Source of the DNA: Candidatus Poribacteria bacterium
Lineage (GTDB): Bacteria; Poribacteria; WGA-4E; WGA-3G
Direction: 5' to 3'
Assembly: GCA_965205025.1 (NCBI GenBank)
Contig: CBDBFU010000007.1
Location: 96,001 to 160,000, forward strand
DNA length: 64,000 nt
Below the pieces are notes generated by a model that was not told the DNA's origin, searched no databases, and saw only the letters and a program-made list of their open reading frames with translations. This document shows, piece after piece, positions 1 through 8,656 of the stretch. Made by a program: the position numbers and the translations under genes. How positions within the stretch are numbered: position 1 is the first letter of the stretch; each line of letters starts with the position of its first letter.

Positions 1-1
1 A

Positions 2-268
2 TCCTTTCTAAATGGATTCCGTGATGGAAGCTATTCTATCTTAGTCACTTCAAAAGCGTTGAATGAAGGGGTTGATGTGCCAGAAGCGAATGTAGCAATT
101 ATCGTATCTGGAAGTGGGAGCGTTAGAGAACATGTGCAACGTTTAGGACGTATCCTACGGAAAAAAGAAGGAAAACAAGCTATCCTTTACGAACTCATAT
201 CAAAACAGACCGGTGAACATTTTGTCAATAAACGCCGTCGACAACATAACGCTTATCAACGAAAATAG
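2..268 (+). CDS. XPB/Rad25(SSL2)-like SF2 helicase, C-terminal fragment truncated by window edge
   Basis: Frame open from base 2 ([29 protein letters not shown]); helicase motifs V/VI ([15 protein letters not shown]); adjacent to DUF790 gene. Confidence 0.85.
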   Translation, partial: SFLNGFRDGSYSILVTSKALNEGVDVPEANVAIIVSGSGSVREHVQRLGRILRKKEGKQAILYELISKQTGEHFVNKRRRQHNAYQRK

Positions 269-283
269 ACCTATCAACTAATT

Positions 284-1528
284 ATGCTTACTAAAGACCT
301 TCTACGATATAAAATTCAAAAGGGACAGATTTACCCTCAATTTGTTGATCCCACGAATTCCGAATTGCTGAAGGTTGCAGAACAATTAATCACGGTATTC
401 GAAGCTGCGACTGACGATAAAAGGTCAACACTTTTGGAGAATAGTAAGACGATAATTGATGGCACATCTGAGTCCCCAATAATATTACGAGGACTCGAAA
501 AGTTGCTGTTAGATCGTACAGAATTCGATACAGCACCAAATGAAGAACTGATTACCTTTCGTAACAGGCTCTTCACTGAGACAAGCCGTATTCTCTCACA
601 AGAACAATTTCAAGATTATACAGAATACCACCAAAAAGTTCTTGGATTAATGGGTAACGAATCGGAATTACCAGAAACAGAATTATCTGATTATCTATAC
701 GCAGATTTACCGAGTTGCCAACAAATTCTGTCATTTAGGAGTATTTCTCCGGAACACCTACTGCATCGGTACAATACTGCACAAGTACAAGGTTTATTGT
801 TGCATTGTAATTCACTTACACTAAGACTTACCGATTCGATGACTGCTGAACTTCGACAATTGTTTAAGTATCTTCGATTTCACCAACTTTTATCCAGCAT
901 TCGAAAAGAAAAAACCGATACAGGAGATATATTCCAGATTACTGTGGATGGTCCTTTGAACTTATTCTATAAGACAAAACGGTACGGTATGAATTTGGCA
1001 AACTTCTTTGTCGCTGTGCTACATCAACAGAAGTGGGAACTTACTGCAGAAATTCAGTTTAGAAATAAACGTGCCTCTCAGTTGTCTATTGATGACTCCT
1101 GCGGAATTAAACCGATTTCACAACAGTTCCTTGCATATATACCTGAAGATATTCAGCACTTTCAGCAAATGCTTCAAAACAAGACTGATAAGTGGCAGAT
1201 CCAACCTGGTAGTCAATTCTTCCCTTTACCTGGGGATAACTACTGTTTCCCAGATTATCAGTTAATCCACAGTAGTGGTGTAGAAGTGGCAATTGAGTTA
1301 TTCCACCCATGGCATCAAGGACATCTGCTTACTCGGTTGAATTCACTACCGAATAAGACGGATATACCGCTCATCATTGGAGTATCCAAGGAATTAGAGA
1401 AAAACGCTACGATCACAGATGCATTAGAGACATCAAGCTATTTCTCACACTATGGGTTTATATTCCGCGATGTTCCGACTATGGGTACACTTCTACCTAT
1501 TCTGAATTCAATTGTGTGTGAAGGATAA
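284..1528 (+). CDS. DUF790 / Bax1-like predicted nuclease
   Basis: MLTKDLL start, LYADL, RYNTAQVQGLL, DGPLNLF..TKRYG and C-terminal FPD..IE motifs; 15 bp downstream of the XPB-like helicase. Confidence 0.8.
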   Translation: MLTKDLLRYKIQKGQIYPQFVDPTNSELLKVAEQLITVFEAATDDKRSTLLENSKTIIDGTSESPIILRGLEKLLLDRTEFDTAPNEELITFRNRLFTETSRILSQEQFQDYTEYHQKVLGLMGNESELPETELSDYLYADLPSCQQILSFRSISPEHLLHRYNTAQVQGLLLHCNSLTLRLTDSMTAELRQLFKYLRFHQLLSSIRKEKTDTGDIFQITVDGPLNLFYKTKRYGMNLANFFVAVLHQQKWELTAEIQFRNKRASQLSIDDSCGIKPISQQFLAYIPEDIQHFQQMLQNKTDKWQIQPGSQFFPLPGDNYCFPDYQLIHSSGVEVAIELFHPWHQGHLLTRLNSLPNKTDIPLIIGVSKELEKNATITDALETSSYFSHYGFIFRDVPTMGTLLPILNSIVCEG

Positions 1529-1535
1529 TTCCACA

Positions 1536-2858
1536 TTACTGGTTTGCAGATTTATCTTTCAGGGCTTCCACTACGAGCCCTTCTAACTTCTCACCTCTCG
1601 CTTTATGCGTAATTAATTTGCCATCTCTATCAATAAGCCACTGTGATGGAACACCCGTAATTTTAAACTGCTGTGCGAGTGGATCCTCCTCCCACCTTTT
1701 GCCGCTGTAAATCTGCCGCCATTGGATGTCATTCTCTTTGAGGTAGTCCCGCAAAGCCGTTTCTTCATCATCAAGACTGACCCCGATGATATCAAATCCC
1801 TGATCCTTATAGGTAGCGTAGACTTTTTTGAGATTCGGCATTTCGTCAATGCAGAAGCCACACCAGACGCCCCAAAAATCGAGCAAGACGACTTTCCCCC
1901 GATAGTCCTGAAGCGAAATCGGTTTGCCATCAAGGTCGGTTGCGGAAAAGTCTGTCACAGGTTTTCCCCACAATTCATATTTGGGATCAGCCTTCCGATA
2001 GTAGACTTCGGCAAGTTCAGGATTGCCCAATTTCTCATAAATGTCGGCAATTCTCACGAGGATAACCCCCTCGTCGGGCTGCCGCTGCTCAGCTGCCTTA
2101 AAAATCTCAAGCAGCTCCTCATAGAGCCCCGCCCTCTTAAGTTTCATGTGCACTGAGCGGTACCCCTTATTGTCTGGTATCATGCCTGACTTGAAGCGTT
2201 CAATCAGGACATCTGCGGATTTTTCGTTTCCGACTTTGGTGTAAAGTCTAACAAGTTGTGGGTAGAGATCAAAGAAACGTCGATCATCCGGATATTGCGC
2301 AAGCGAATTTTCAAAGGCAGCAATAGCGGCTTCATGGCTACCGTACATATCTTCCGGCGTGGAGATCCAACTAAAACCTGACTTGTAAATTTTCAAGGAA
2401 AAACTCAAGTTCAGACCTTCTTTAGAGTCTTTATCCCAGTCGATGTGATGCAGACATCGGACAAGCGGTATGTTATCGCTATACACTTTGCGTTGTTCAG
2501 TTTTCTTCTCTCGGTTTTTAGGAAGAAACTCATACCCATAACTCACAGGCATTTTCGGGTCTGCGTTCCAATAAGAGATTGGCTTGCCACCCTCTTTATC
2601 CGCAGGACAAAGCAAGAAGTTTGCATCTGTCAAATATTTAGGGTGAAGTTCTGAAAGGCACTTTGGGAAATCACCGTGTTCCTTCTTGTATGCCTGAATT
2701 TCCTTGCCAATTTCGAGAAAATGCTGCCTGCAGATTTCAATGTTTTTCTGGCTTTGTGCCTCGGTGAGATCTTCACTCGGTTTTTCCGTAGGTGTATCTG
2801 TGTTTGCTGAAGTTATTAGTAAACTCAGCGCGATTGCCACGCTCAAGATTGTTTTCAT
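1536..2858 (-). CDS. Secreted TlpA/redoxin-family thiol-disulfide oxidoreductase with N-terminal pilin/DUF1559-like and TPR segments
   Basis: Signal peptide; GKVVLLDFWGVWCGFC; C...EIGKEIQAYKKEHGDFP...LLCPAD segment; TPR-like helices. Confidence 0.85.
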   Translation of the reverse strand: MKTILSVAIALSLLITSANTDTPTEKPSEDLTEAQSQKNIEICRQHFLEIGKEIQAYKKEHGDFPKCLSELHPKYLTDANFLLCPADKEGGKPISYWNADPKMPVSYGYEFLPKNREKKTEQRKVYSDNIPLVRCLHHIDWDKDSKEGLNLSFSLKIYKSGFSWISTPEDMYGSHEAAIAAFENSLAQYPDDRRFFDLYPQLVRLYTKVGNEKSADVLIERFKSGMIPDNKGYRSVHMKLKRAGLYEELLEIFKAAEQRQPDEGVILVRIADIYEKLGNPELAEVYYRKADPKYELWGKPVTDFSATDLDGKPISLQDYRGKVVLLDFWGVWCGFCIDEMPNLKKVYATYKDQGFDIIGVSLDDEETALRDYLKENDIQWRQIYSGKRWEEDPLAQQFKITGVPSQWLIDRDGKLITHKARGEKLEGLVVEALKDKSANQ

Positions 2859-2926
2859 TTTAGTATTCTCCTTTTTAGGTTTCTTACGAGATAATATTGA
2901 ACATTTTCCGCATCTGCGGAAAATGA

Positions 2927-3439
2927 CTATTCATGCTTCTCCAAAAATAGTTTCTGAAATTTAGAAACGACACCGCCTGCAAGGTTTCTTAAATCGTTCT
3001 TAGGGAATAGGTACAAACCTGCTTGAGAATGTTCAATCAGATTTACTGTGAGGTTGTTAACGCGTTCCCAATTTGACACAGCAACATCCGGTTTGAGAAT
3101 ACTGTTATCAAAGTAGTCAATATACTGAACACAGGCAGCAATATTACCGGTTCTTTGCTTATCTTCTCCAGCTCGTGCTTCGATAAGCACAATGGATACC
3201 ACATAAGATACACTTTTTTCTATCTCCAAAACAGCATTTATATTTTCAGTTTTACTAAATGCTTCAAGCAAATGTTTCTCTACTAAAGGTTTAAGGTCGG
3301 CGTCCCCTGCGATATCCAGAAGGATTTTGATGTTCCCGGACTGTTCTGAAAATCTTTGGACAGGTATGCCTTCTAATGAGATTGCTATGAAATTTAGTAT
3401 TACACTAACCACAAGAAAAAGTATCAAAAACCGTTTCAT
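2927..3439 (-). CDS. Hypothetical exported or membrane-anchored protein
   Basis: AAGGAG RBS before ATG at 3439 (MKRFLILFLVV); lies between two co-oriented genes. Confidence 0.65.
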   Translation of the reverse strand: MKRFLILFLVVSVILNFIAISLEGIPVQRFSEQSGNIKILLDIAGDADLKPLVEKHLLEAFSKTENINAVLEIEKSVSYVVSIVLIEARAGEDKQRTGNIAACVQYIDYFDNSILKPDVAVSNWERVNNLTVNLIEHSQAGLYLFPKNDLRNLAGGVVSKFQKLFLEKHE

Positions 3440-3463
3440 TTTGTTCTCCTTTGCCAATTTCGA

Positions 3464-5797
3464 CTATTCATTCTCGGTCTTATCCTTGAGTGCTTCTACT
3501 ACAAGTTGTTTTAACTTTAACCCTCTGGCTTTGCTTGAAATTAATGTGCCGTCTCTGGCGATGAGACACGGGGCAGGGATGGAGCGAATATGATACTGTT
3601 GGACAAGAGGACTTTTCCATTTTTGTCCGCTGAAAATTTGCCGCCACTGGATATCATTCTCCTTGAGGTAGTTGCGCAGTCTCGTTTCATCGGTGTCAAG
3701 GTTAACCCCGATGATGTCAAATCCCTGATCTTTATAGGTATCATAAACCCTTTTCACATTCGGCATTTCCGCGAGGCAAGGACCGCACCAAACAGCCCAG
3801 AAATCGAGTAGGACGACTTTCCCTCGATATTGCTGGAGCGAAATCGGTTTCCCATCAAGGTCAGTTGCAGAAAAGTCGGGCACAACCATTCCAACCAGTT
3901 CTGACATAGGATTTACCTTTTTCCGATATTCTTCAGCAAGTTCGGAATTGCCGAGTTCTTCATGAATTCGGGCGAGTTCATCAAGAACATAGTAGTTGTC
4001 CGGGTACCTTTCTTCCAGTTTCTCGAAAACCTCAAGTACTTCTTCATCCCGATTTGCCATCCCAAGCATCGTGCGGAGAAGAAAATGTGCCTGAAGGTCG
4101 TCGGGTTTTATAGCAGATTTGAAACGATTAATAAGTCTGTTGGCATCTTCCAGCCGTCCAACTTCAATATAGAGACGTACGAGCGAAGAGTAGAGATGAA
4201 AGGCAAGATGATTGTCCAGTTGTCGCTGAAGTCCCGCTTCTAAGGCGGTGATGGTTTCTTCGAGGGTTCCATACATATCTTCCGGTGTTTGTTCCCATAC
4301 ATTGGATGACTTGTAAACCTTGAACGAGAAACTCAGGTTTAAGCACTCAAACGGTTGATTGATATGATGCCGACAACGCGCAAGTGGTATAACATCGCCA
4401 TATAGAGCGAGGTTTCCCCGCGTTCTTTCTCGATATCCAGTGTGAAACTGGTAGCCATAACTTACAGGCATCTTCGGATCTGCGTTGATAAGAAAGATTG
4501 GCTTGCCACCTTTGGTATCCGCCGGACAAAGTAGTCTGTTTGCATCTGGCAAGTATTTCGGGTGGAGATCTGAGAGCCACTGAGGAAAATCGTTGTGTTC
4601 TTTCTGGTAGGTTTGAATCGCCTTACCAATCGCAAGCAAATTATGGGTGCAGATTTCAATATATTTCTGCTCCTGCTTTAAATTTGCGTCTTGTCCATGC
4701 GCGTTGGGTTTTGGTGACAACTCCTCTGGCGTTGGTTGGGATTTGAATGTTTCCTCTGGGTTAATCGCTTGTGCCAGACGCATTGCGCCCATTGGGACCG
4801 CAAAACAGATGAAGATGAGCAACCCGATTCCGGCAGCAACCTTTGTCATCGGATGCCGATTCAGGTTTTCAGCGAGGACGGTTCGGAGTCTTCTTTCAAT
4901 CTTTGAGGAGAGCGCTATCGCGACAGCTGTACGCGAAGTCGCCTTTGCTATTTTCACGTTGCGTGTCATATCAAGCAGAAGTTGCGCGTACTCGGTTGAT
5001 TGATATCCGGCGTTTAGTACTTGGTCGTCGCAGGCTTGCTCTGCTTCTATCCGCATCCAACGCACTGCGAACCACACAAGTGGGTTAAACCAGTAGACTG
5101 CACACGTTACCTGTGCAATTGTTTGCATCCCCCAATCCCATCGTTTGATGTGTGCCAATTCGTGGAGTAGCACAGCACGGAGCCGCTCGGTTTGCCATTG
5201 ATCCGCATCAACTGGCAGCAAGATTACAGGACGTAAGAAGCCCCAAACCATTGGTACTGTAATCCTATTGCTGAGACGGACATTTACCGGTTGATTCCAA
5301 TTGGATCGGCACAGCTCAGCAGCGCGGCTAAAATTGTTACCACAAGCAGAGATATGCCAGACAGCACCGATTCCGACAATCAAACGGATAAGAAGAAACA
5401 GACCGACACCTGCCCAGACTATCACCATCCAGTCTGTCCAATGCAGTGCGGTGAGAAGGTTGCTCTGACCTGTCACAGAGTTAGGTTGGGGCTGTGTTGA
5501 TGTGATTGGTATTGAGGATACTGGCTTTGGTGATAATTGGCTCTGAGCAATTGGAACTGGTGTTTCCAACGGTAGAATACCGAGTTCCCACTTCGGTAGC
5601 ACGAAAGAGAACAGTGGGACGATGAGGCATCCGACAATTGCCATGCTCCAAACGAAACCGCGGACCGCCGCCGATTTGCGACGGAGGCAAAATGCGAATA
5701 AACCTGCAACGACGAAAATAACGAAACCTTTCATCGTGGTGTCCACGAGAAATTTTAGCAATGGGTCTGCATAGAGCATCTCAATGAATCGTATCAT
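3464..5797 (-). CDS. BlaR1/MecR1-type M56 metallopeptidase signal transducer with C-terminal pilin-like/TPR/TlpA sensor module
   Basis: TM segments, HELAH zinc motif, YWFNPLVW, EQACD; C-terminal DFWAVWCGPC thioredoxin; 4-bp overlap with blaI-like gene. Confidence 0.9.
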   Translation of the reverse strand: MIRFIEMLYADPLLKFLVDTTMKGFVIFVVAGLFAFCLRRKSAAVRGFVWSMAIVGCLIVPLFSFVLPKWELGILPLETPVPIAQSQLSPKPVSSIPITSTQPQPNSVTGQSNLLTALHWTDWMVIVWAGVGLFLLIRLIVGIGAVWHISACGNNFSRAAELCRSNWNQPVNVRLSNRITVPMVWGFLRPVILLPVDADQWQTERLRAVLLHELAHIKRWDWGMQTIAQVTCAVYWFNPLVWFAVRWMRIEAEQACDDQVLNAGYQSTEYAQLLLDMTRNVKIAKATSRTAVAIALSSKIERRLRTVLAENLNRHPMTKVAAGIGLLIFICFAVPMGAMRLAQAINPEETFKSQPTPEELSPKPNAHGQDANLKQEQKYIEICTHNLLAIGKAIQTYQKEHNDFPQWLSDLHPKYLPDANRLLCPADTKGGKPIFLINADPKMPVSYGYQFHTGYRERTRGNLALYGDVIPLARCRHHINQPFECLNLSFSFKVYKSSNVWEQTPEDMYGTLEETITALEAGLQRQLDNHLAFHLYSSLVRLYIEVGRLEDANRLINRFKSAIKPDDLQAHFLLRTMLGMANRDEEVLEVFEKLEERYPDNYYVLDELARIHEELGNSELAEEYRKKVNPMSELVGMVVPDFSATDLDGKPISLQQYRGKVVLLDFWAVWCGPCLAEMPNVKRVYDTYKDQGFDIIGVNLDTDETRLRNYLKENDIQWRQIFSGQKWKSPLVQQYHIRSIPAPCLIARDGTLISSKARGLKLKQLVVEALKDKTENE

Positions 5798-6183
5798 GAC
5801 GAGGTGTCTCCTTTTTTCGCTTGCTCAATGAGTTGGCTTAAACGGTCAAGTTCCTCATCCGAAAGGTCAACCTCAGAAACCAGCGCGATGACAGTTTTCT
5901 CAATGGATTTATCAAAGAATGTCTGGAAAATCTGTTTGAGCGCGGAACGTCCTGCAAGATGGCGTGGTTGCGTTGGACAATAGATATAACGTTTGCCATC
6001 TTTTTCGTGGGTGAGGTACCCCTTCTCTTCCAAGATTCCCAACAGTGCCCGAACTGTAGAGTAAGTTGGTGGATCGGGGAGATCTTTGAGTACATCGGCA
6101 ACGGAAACGCGACCGCGTTGGTAGACAATATCCATGATTTGCCGTTCCCGTCGACTTAGTTTGACTGTCCCATAGTCTTCCAT
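5794..6183 (-). CDS. BlaI/MecI/CopY-family transcriptional repressor
   Basis: LSRRERQIMDIVY, YSTVRALLGILEEKGYL, ELDRLSQLI motifs; translationally coupled to the M56 gene. Confidence 0.93.
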   Translation of the reverse strand: MEDYGTVKLSRRERQIMDIVYQRGRVSVADVLKDLPDPPTYSTVRALLGILEEKGYLTHEKDGKRYIYCPTQPRHLAGRSALKQIFQTFFDKSIEKTVIALVSEVDLSDEELDRLSQLIEQAKKGDTSS

Positions 6184-6197
6184 TTTTTTTTCACCTC

Positions 6198-6269
6198 TTC
6201 TGGTAATATGCTAAAATTTTAGCATATTACCAGAAACTATGTCAAGGAAAAATGCTAAAAATTTAGCAT
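6198..6269 (-). promoter_or_regulatory. Promoter of the blaI-blaR1-like operon with two palindromic operators
   Basis: Perfect 38-bp palindrome TTCTGGTAATATGCTAAAA/TTTTAGCATATTACCAGAA (6198-6235); second core ATGCTAAA-AA-TTTAGCAT (6252-6269); minus-strand TTGACA (6240-6245), 18 bp, TGcTAAAAT. Confidence 0.85.
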
Positions 6270-6329
6270 AAATAAATGGGACAACCGATTGACACATTTG
6301 CAAGTACCACAATGAAGTTTTCTGTTGAT

Positions 6330-6387
6330 AACGTGAGTTTGATAAAAGAGACGGGTTTTTATAGGTGTTTATTTTCAAACTCACGTT
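6330..6387. mobile_element. 58-bp miniature inverted-repeat element (IS-end remnant)
   Basis: 13-bp perfect TIRs AACGTGAGTTTGA/TCAAACTCACGTT; another single end at ~15791-15803. Confidence 0.6.
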
Positions 6388-6529
6388 TTATAAGAGACAA
6401 CCCACATACCCAAAGTGGAAACTTACCGATAGTGAAACAAACAAACTACGTATCACTGCTTCTTGATAGAATCTTTGCGCTTTGTTGAGTGTTAGTTGTA
6501 GTACTTGTTGCAGCCACATCTGCGTAGCG

Positions 6530-6880
6530 TCAGATGCGACTTGAAAGTGCTGCGATTGCTGCATCCTCATTTTTATAGTGTTCAAAGATATTGATAAGTC
6601 GTGTTTGAACGACCACGTTTCTGATGTGTTTGCCGACATTTATGATACCGATGCGTCCTCCTTTTTTGGTACGTGCTATGTTGTATGCGGTAATGAACAC
6701 ACTCAGTCCTGCGCTATCCATTTTATGTACGCGTTCAAAGTCAATCAGGACGCGTGGTGTATACGTTGTGTCAATGTGTTTAACCATTGTTTTCCGTAAT
6801 TCCGGTATAGCGGTGCTGATGATTTTCCCTGTTGGTTTTAAAATCGCAACACCTTGTTTGTAGCGAATTGTTGTTGTCAT
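6530..6880 (-). CDS. STAS-domain anti-sigma factor antagonist
   Basis: AAGGAG RBS before ATG 6880; VLIDFERVHKMDSAGL motif. Confidence 0.88.
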   Translation of the reverse strand: MTTTIRYKQGVAILKPTGKIISTAIPELRKTMVKHIDTTYTPRVLIDFERVHKMDSAGLSVFITAYNIARTKKGGRIGIINVGKHIRNVVVQTRLINIFEHYKNEDAAIAALSSRI

Positions 6881-7070
6881 GAGTTCACTCCTTGTGATGC
6901 GTATCAGATGTGTTATGTTATAAATATACATCTTCCCTGAAATTCTTTAGCTTTTTTATGATTTTTTATAAAAAGTGTCGTGAGTAAAAGTTGTTCCTTA
7001 TTGCTTGAGCGTTTCTAACGTAAGACCATTTCAAAATATTGACAAAGTTTATACTTTATAAATTCCTATA

Positions 7071-7099
7071 TTGACTCAATGCATAGAATCAGGTATAGT
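7071..7099 (+). promoter_or_regulatory. Sigma70-like promoter
   Basis: TTGACT-17bp-TATAGT upstream of ATG 7126. Confidence 0.5.
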
Positions 7100-7125
7100 A
7101 TTGTAAGAGAAATGGTGATTAATCT

Positions 7126-7647
7126 ATGAAAACACTTATATTATTCTGTACATTCTGTATATTAATTGGATGTGGACTGAATACTATTCCATATTCCGAC
7201 GAGATGATTACTCAGGAACCTAATGAGGCTGCACAATCACATTATAAATGGGGTCTTATTTACGCCAAGAATGGTGACCATGTACAAGCTATTTCTGAGT
7301 TCAAATTGGCAATTCAGAATGAGCCGGGATGGGCACTGCCATACTATAATCTGGGTGCAGTGTATGGGAATATGGATGAACTCTATGAGGCAATCCTTGC
7401 CTGGGAACGTGCAACACAGTTAGATCCGAATTTTGCAAAGGCTTATTATAACCTTGCCATCAGTTATTCCATTCAAGCAGAGGAAACAAATGGAAAGGAT
7501 TTAGAAAAGGCAATTATTTCTCTCCATGAATCTATTCGGTTAGATAAGGCATTCCTGACTTCTGCTAAAATAGAACCTGCATTTGATAGAATTCGCAACC
7601 TACCTGAATACAAAGAATTAATAGACGCTACCGAACCGATACAGTAG
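7126..7647 (+). CDS. TPR-repeat lipoprotein
   Basis: Lipobox LIGC; TPR repeats (YYNLGAVY, AYYNLA). Confidence 0.85.
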   Translation: MKTLILFCTFCILIGCGLNTIPYSDEMITQEPNEAAQSHYKWGLIYAKNGDHVQAISEFKLAIQNEPGWALPYYNLGAVYGNMDELYEAILAWERATQLDPNFAKAYYNLAISYSIQAEETNGKDLEKAIISLHESIRLDKAFLTSAKIEPAFDRIRNLPEYKELIDATEPIQ

Positions 7648-7660
7648 AATCCATTATTAT

Positions 7661-8593
7661 ATGGCACAGTATACCACTCTTTCATCAACTGAACTTGCCG
7701 AAATAGTTTCCCATTATGCAATTGGCACACCAACAAAACTGGAAGAGATGTCCGGAGGGTATGGAAATAGCAACTTTAAACTGACTACTTCAAAGGGTGT
7801 TTTTCTACTGAAAATATGTGATGAAAAGACTACAGATGAACTTCAGTTGCAAATCTCACTATTAACACACCTTCAAGAACATAATTACCCTACTCCATAT
7901 CCGATTCCACAGATAAATGGAGAATTTCTCCATTTATCGCAAGATTTCCGTGTGATAATTTACCCTTTTATGAATGGAGCAACTCCACAACCATCACAGT
8001 GTGTGGTGAAGCAAATCGGAGAAGCATTAGCAAAACTACATCGGATATCACCGCTTATGGATCTTCCACATTTCCCAATGGGAATATCGCAAATAGTTCC
8101 ATTTATTAAGGAGGTAGAAGAGACAGAATATAATACACACCCATTTGTATTATGGTTAAAATCAGAACTCGAATGGATGATACCTGAATTGGAAAAACCA
8201 TTACCTTCGGGTCTATTACATGGAGATCTGTTCTTAGATAATACACTTTTTGATGGTGAAAAGATGGTCACAATTATTGATTTTGAAGAGGGATGTCACG
8301 ATACATTGTTAATTGATATCGCCATGACAATTATAGGGTGTTGCTACACTGAAGAACATTTATTGGAAGAAGAACTTGTGCATAGTTTCTTGGAGGCATA
8401 TATTGCAACTCGTCCGATTTCTGATGATGAATATAGAGGTTTAGATTCCTATGTGCACTATGCTGCGCTTACAATTGCTTTCTGGCGATTTAGACAATTT
8501 AACATACGAAGACCTGATATGAGTAGTGCTGATAAGTATCAAGAAATGATTCTTCGCAGTTCTAATTGGCAGATTTTGAATACATATAATTAA
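7661..8593 (+). CDS. thrB: Homoserine kinase type II (APH/protein-kinase fold)
   Basis: MAQYT.L start, G..NSNF, HGDLFLDN, IIDFE motifs. Confidence 0.8.
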   Translation: MAQYTTLSSTELAEIVSHYAIGTPTKLEEMSGGYGNSNFKLTTSKGVFLLKICDEKTTDELQLQISLLTHLQEHNYPTPYPIPQINGEFLHLSQDFRVIIYPFMNGATPQPSQCVVKQIGEALAKLHRISPLMDLPHFPMGISQIVPFIKEVEETEYNTHPFVLWLKSELEWMIPELEKPLPSGLLHGDLFLDNTLFDGEKMVTIIDFEEGCHDTLLIDIAMTIIGCCYTEEHLLEEELVHSFLEAYIATRPISDDEYRGLDSYVHYAALTIAFWRFRQFNIRRPDMSSADKYQEMILRSSNWQILNTYN

Positions 8594-8656
8594 TCCTGAG
8601 AATACTATTTGTGATTACATTACCATCTTGTTAAATGGATTTTAGGACAAAAGATA

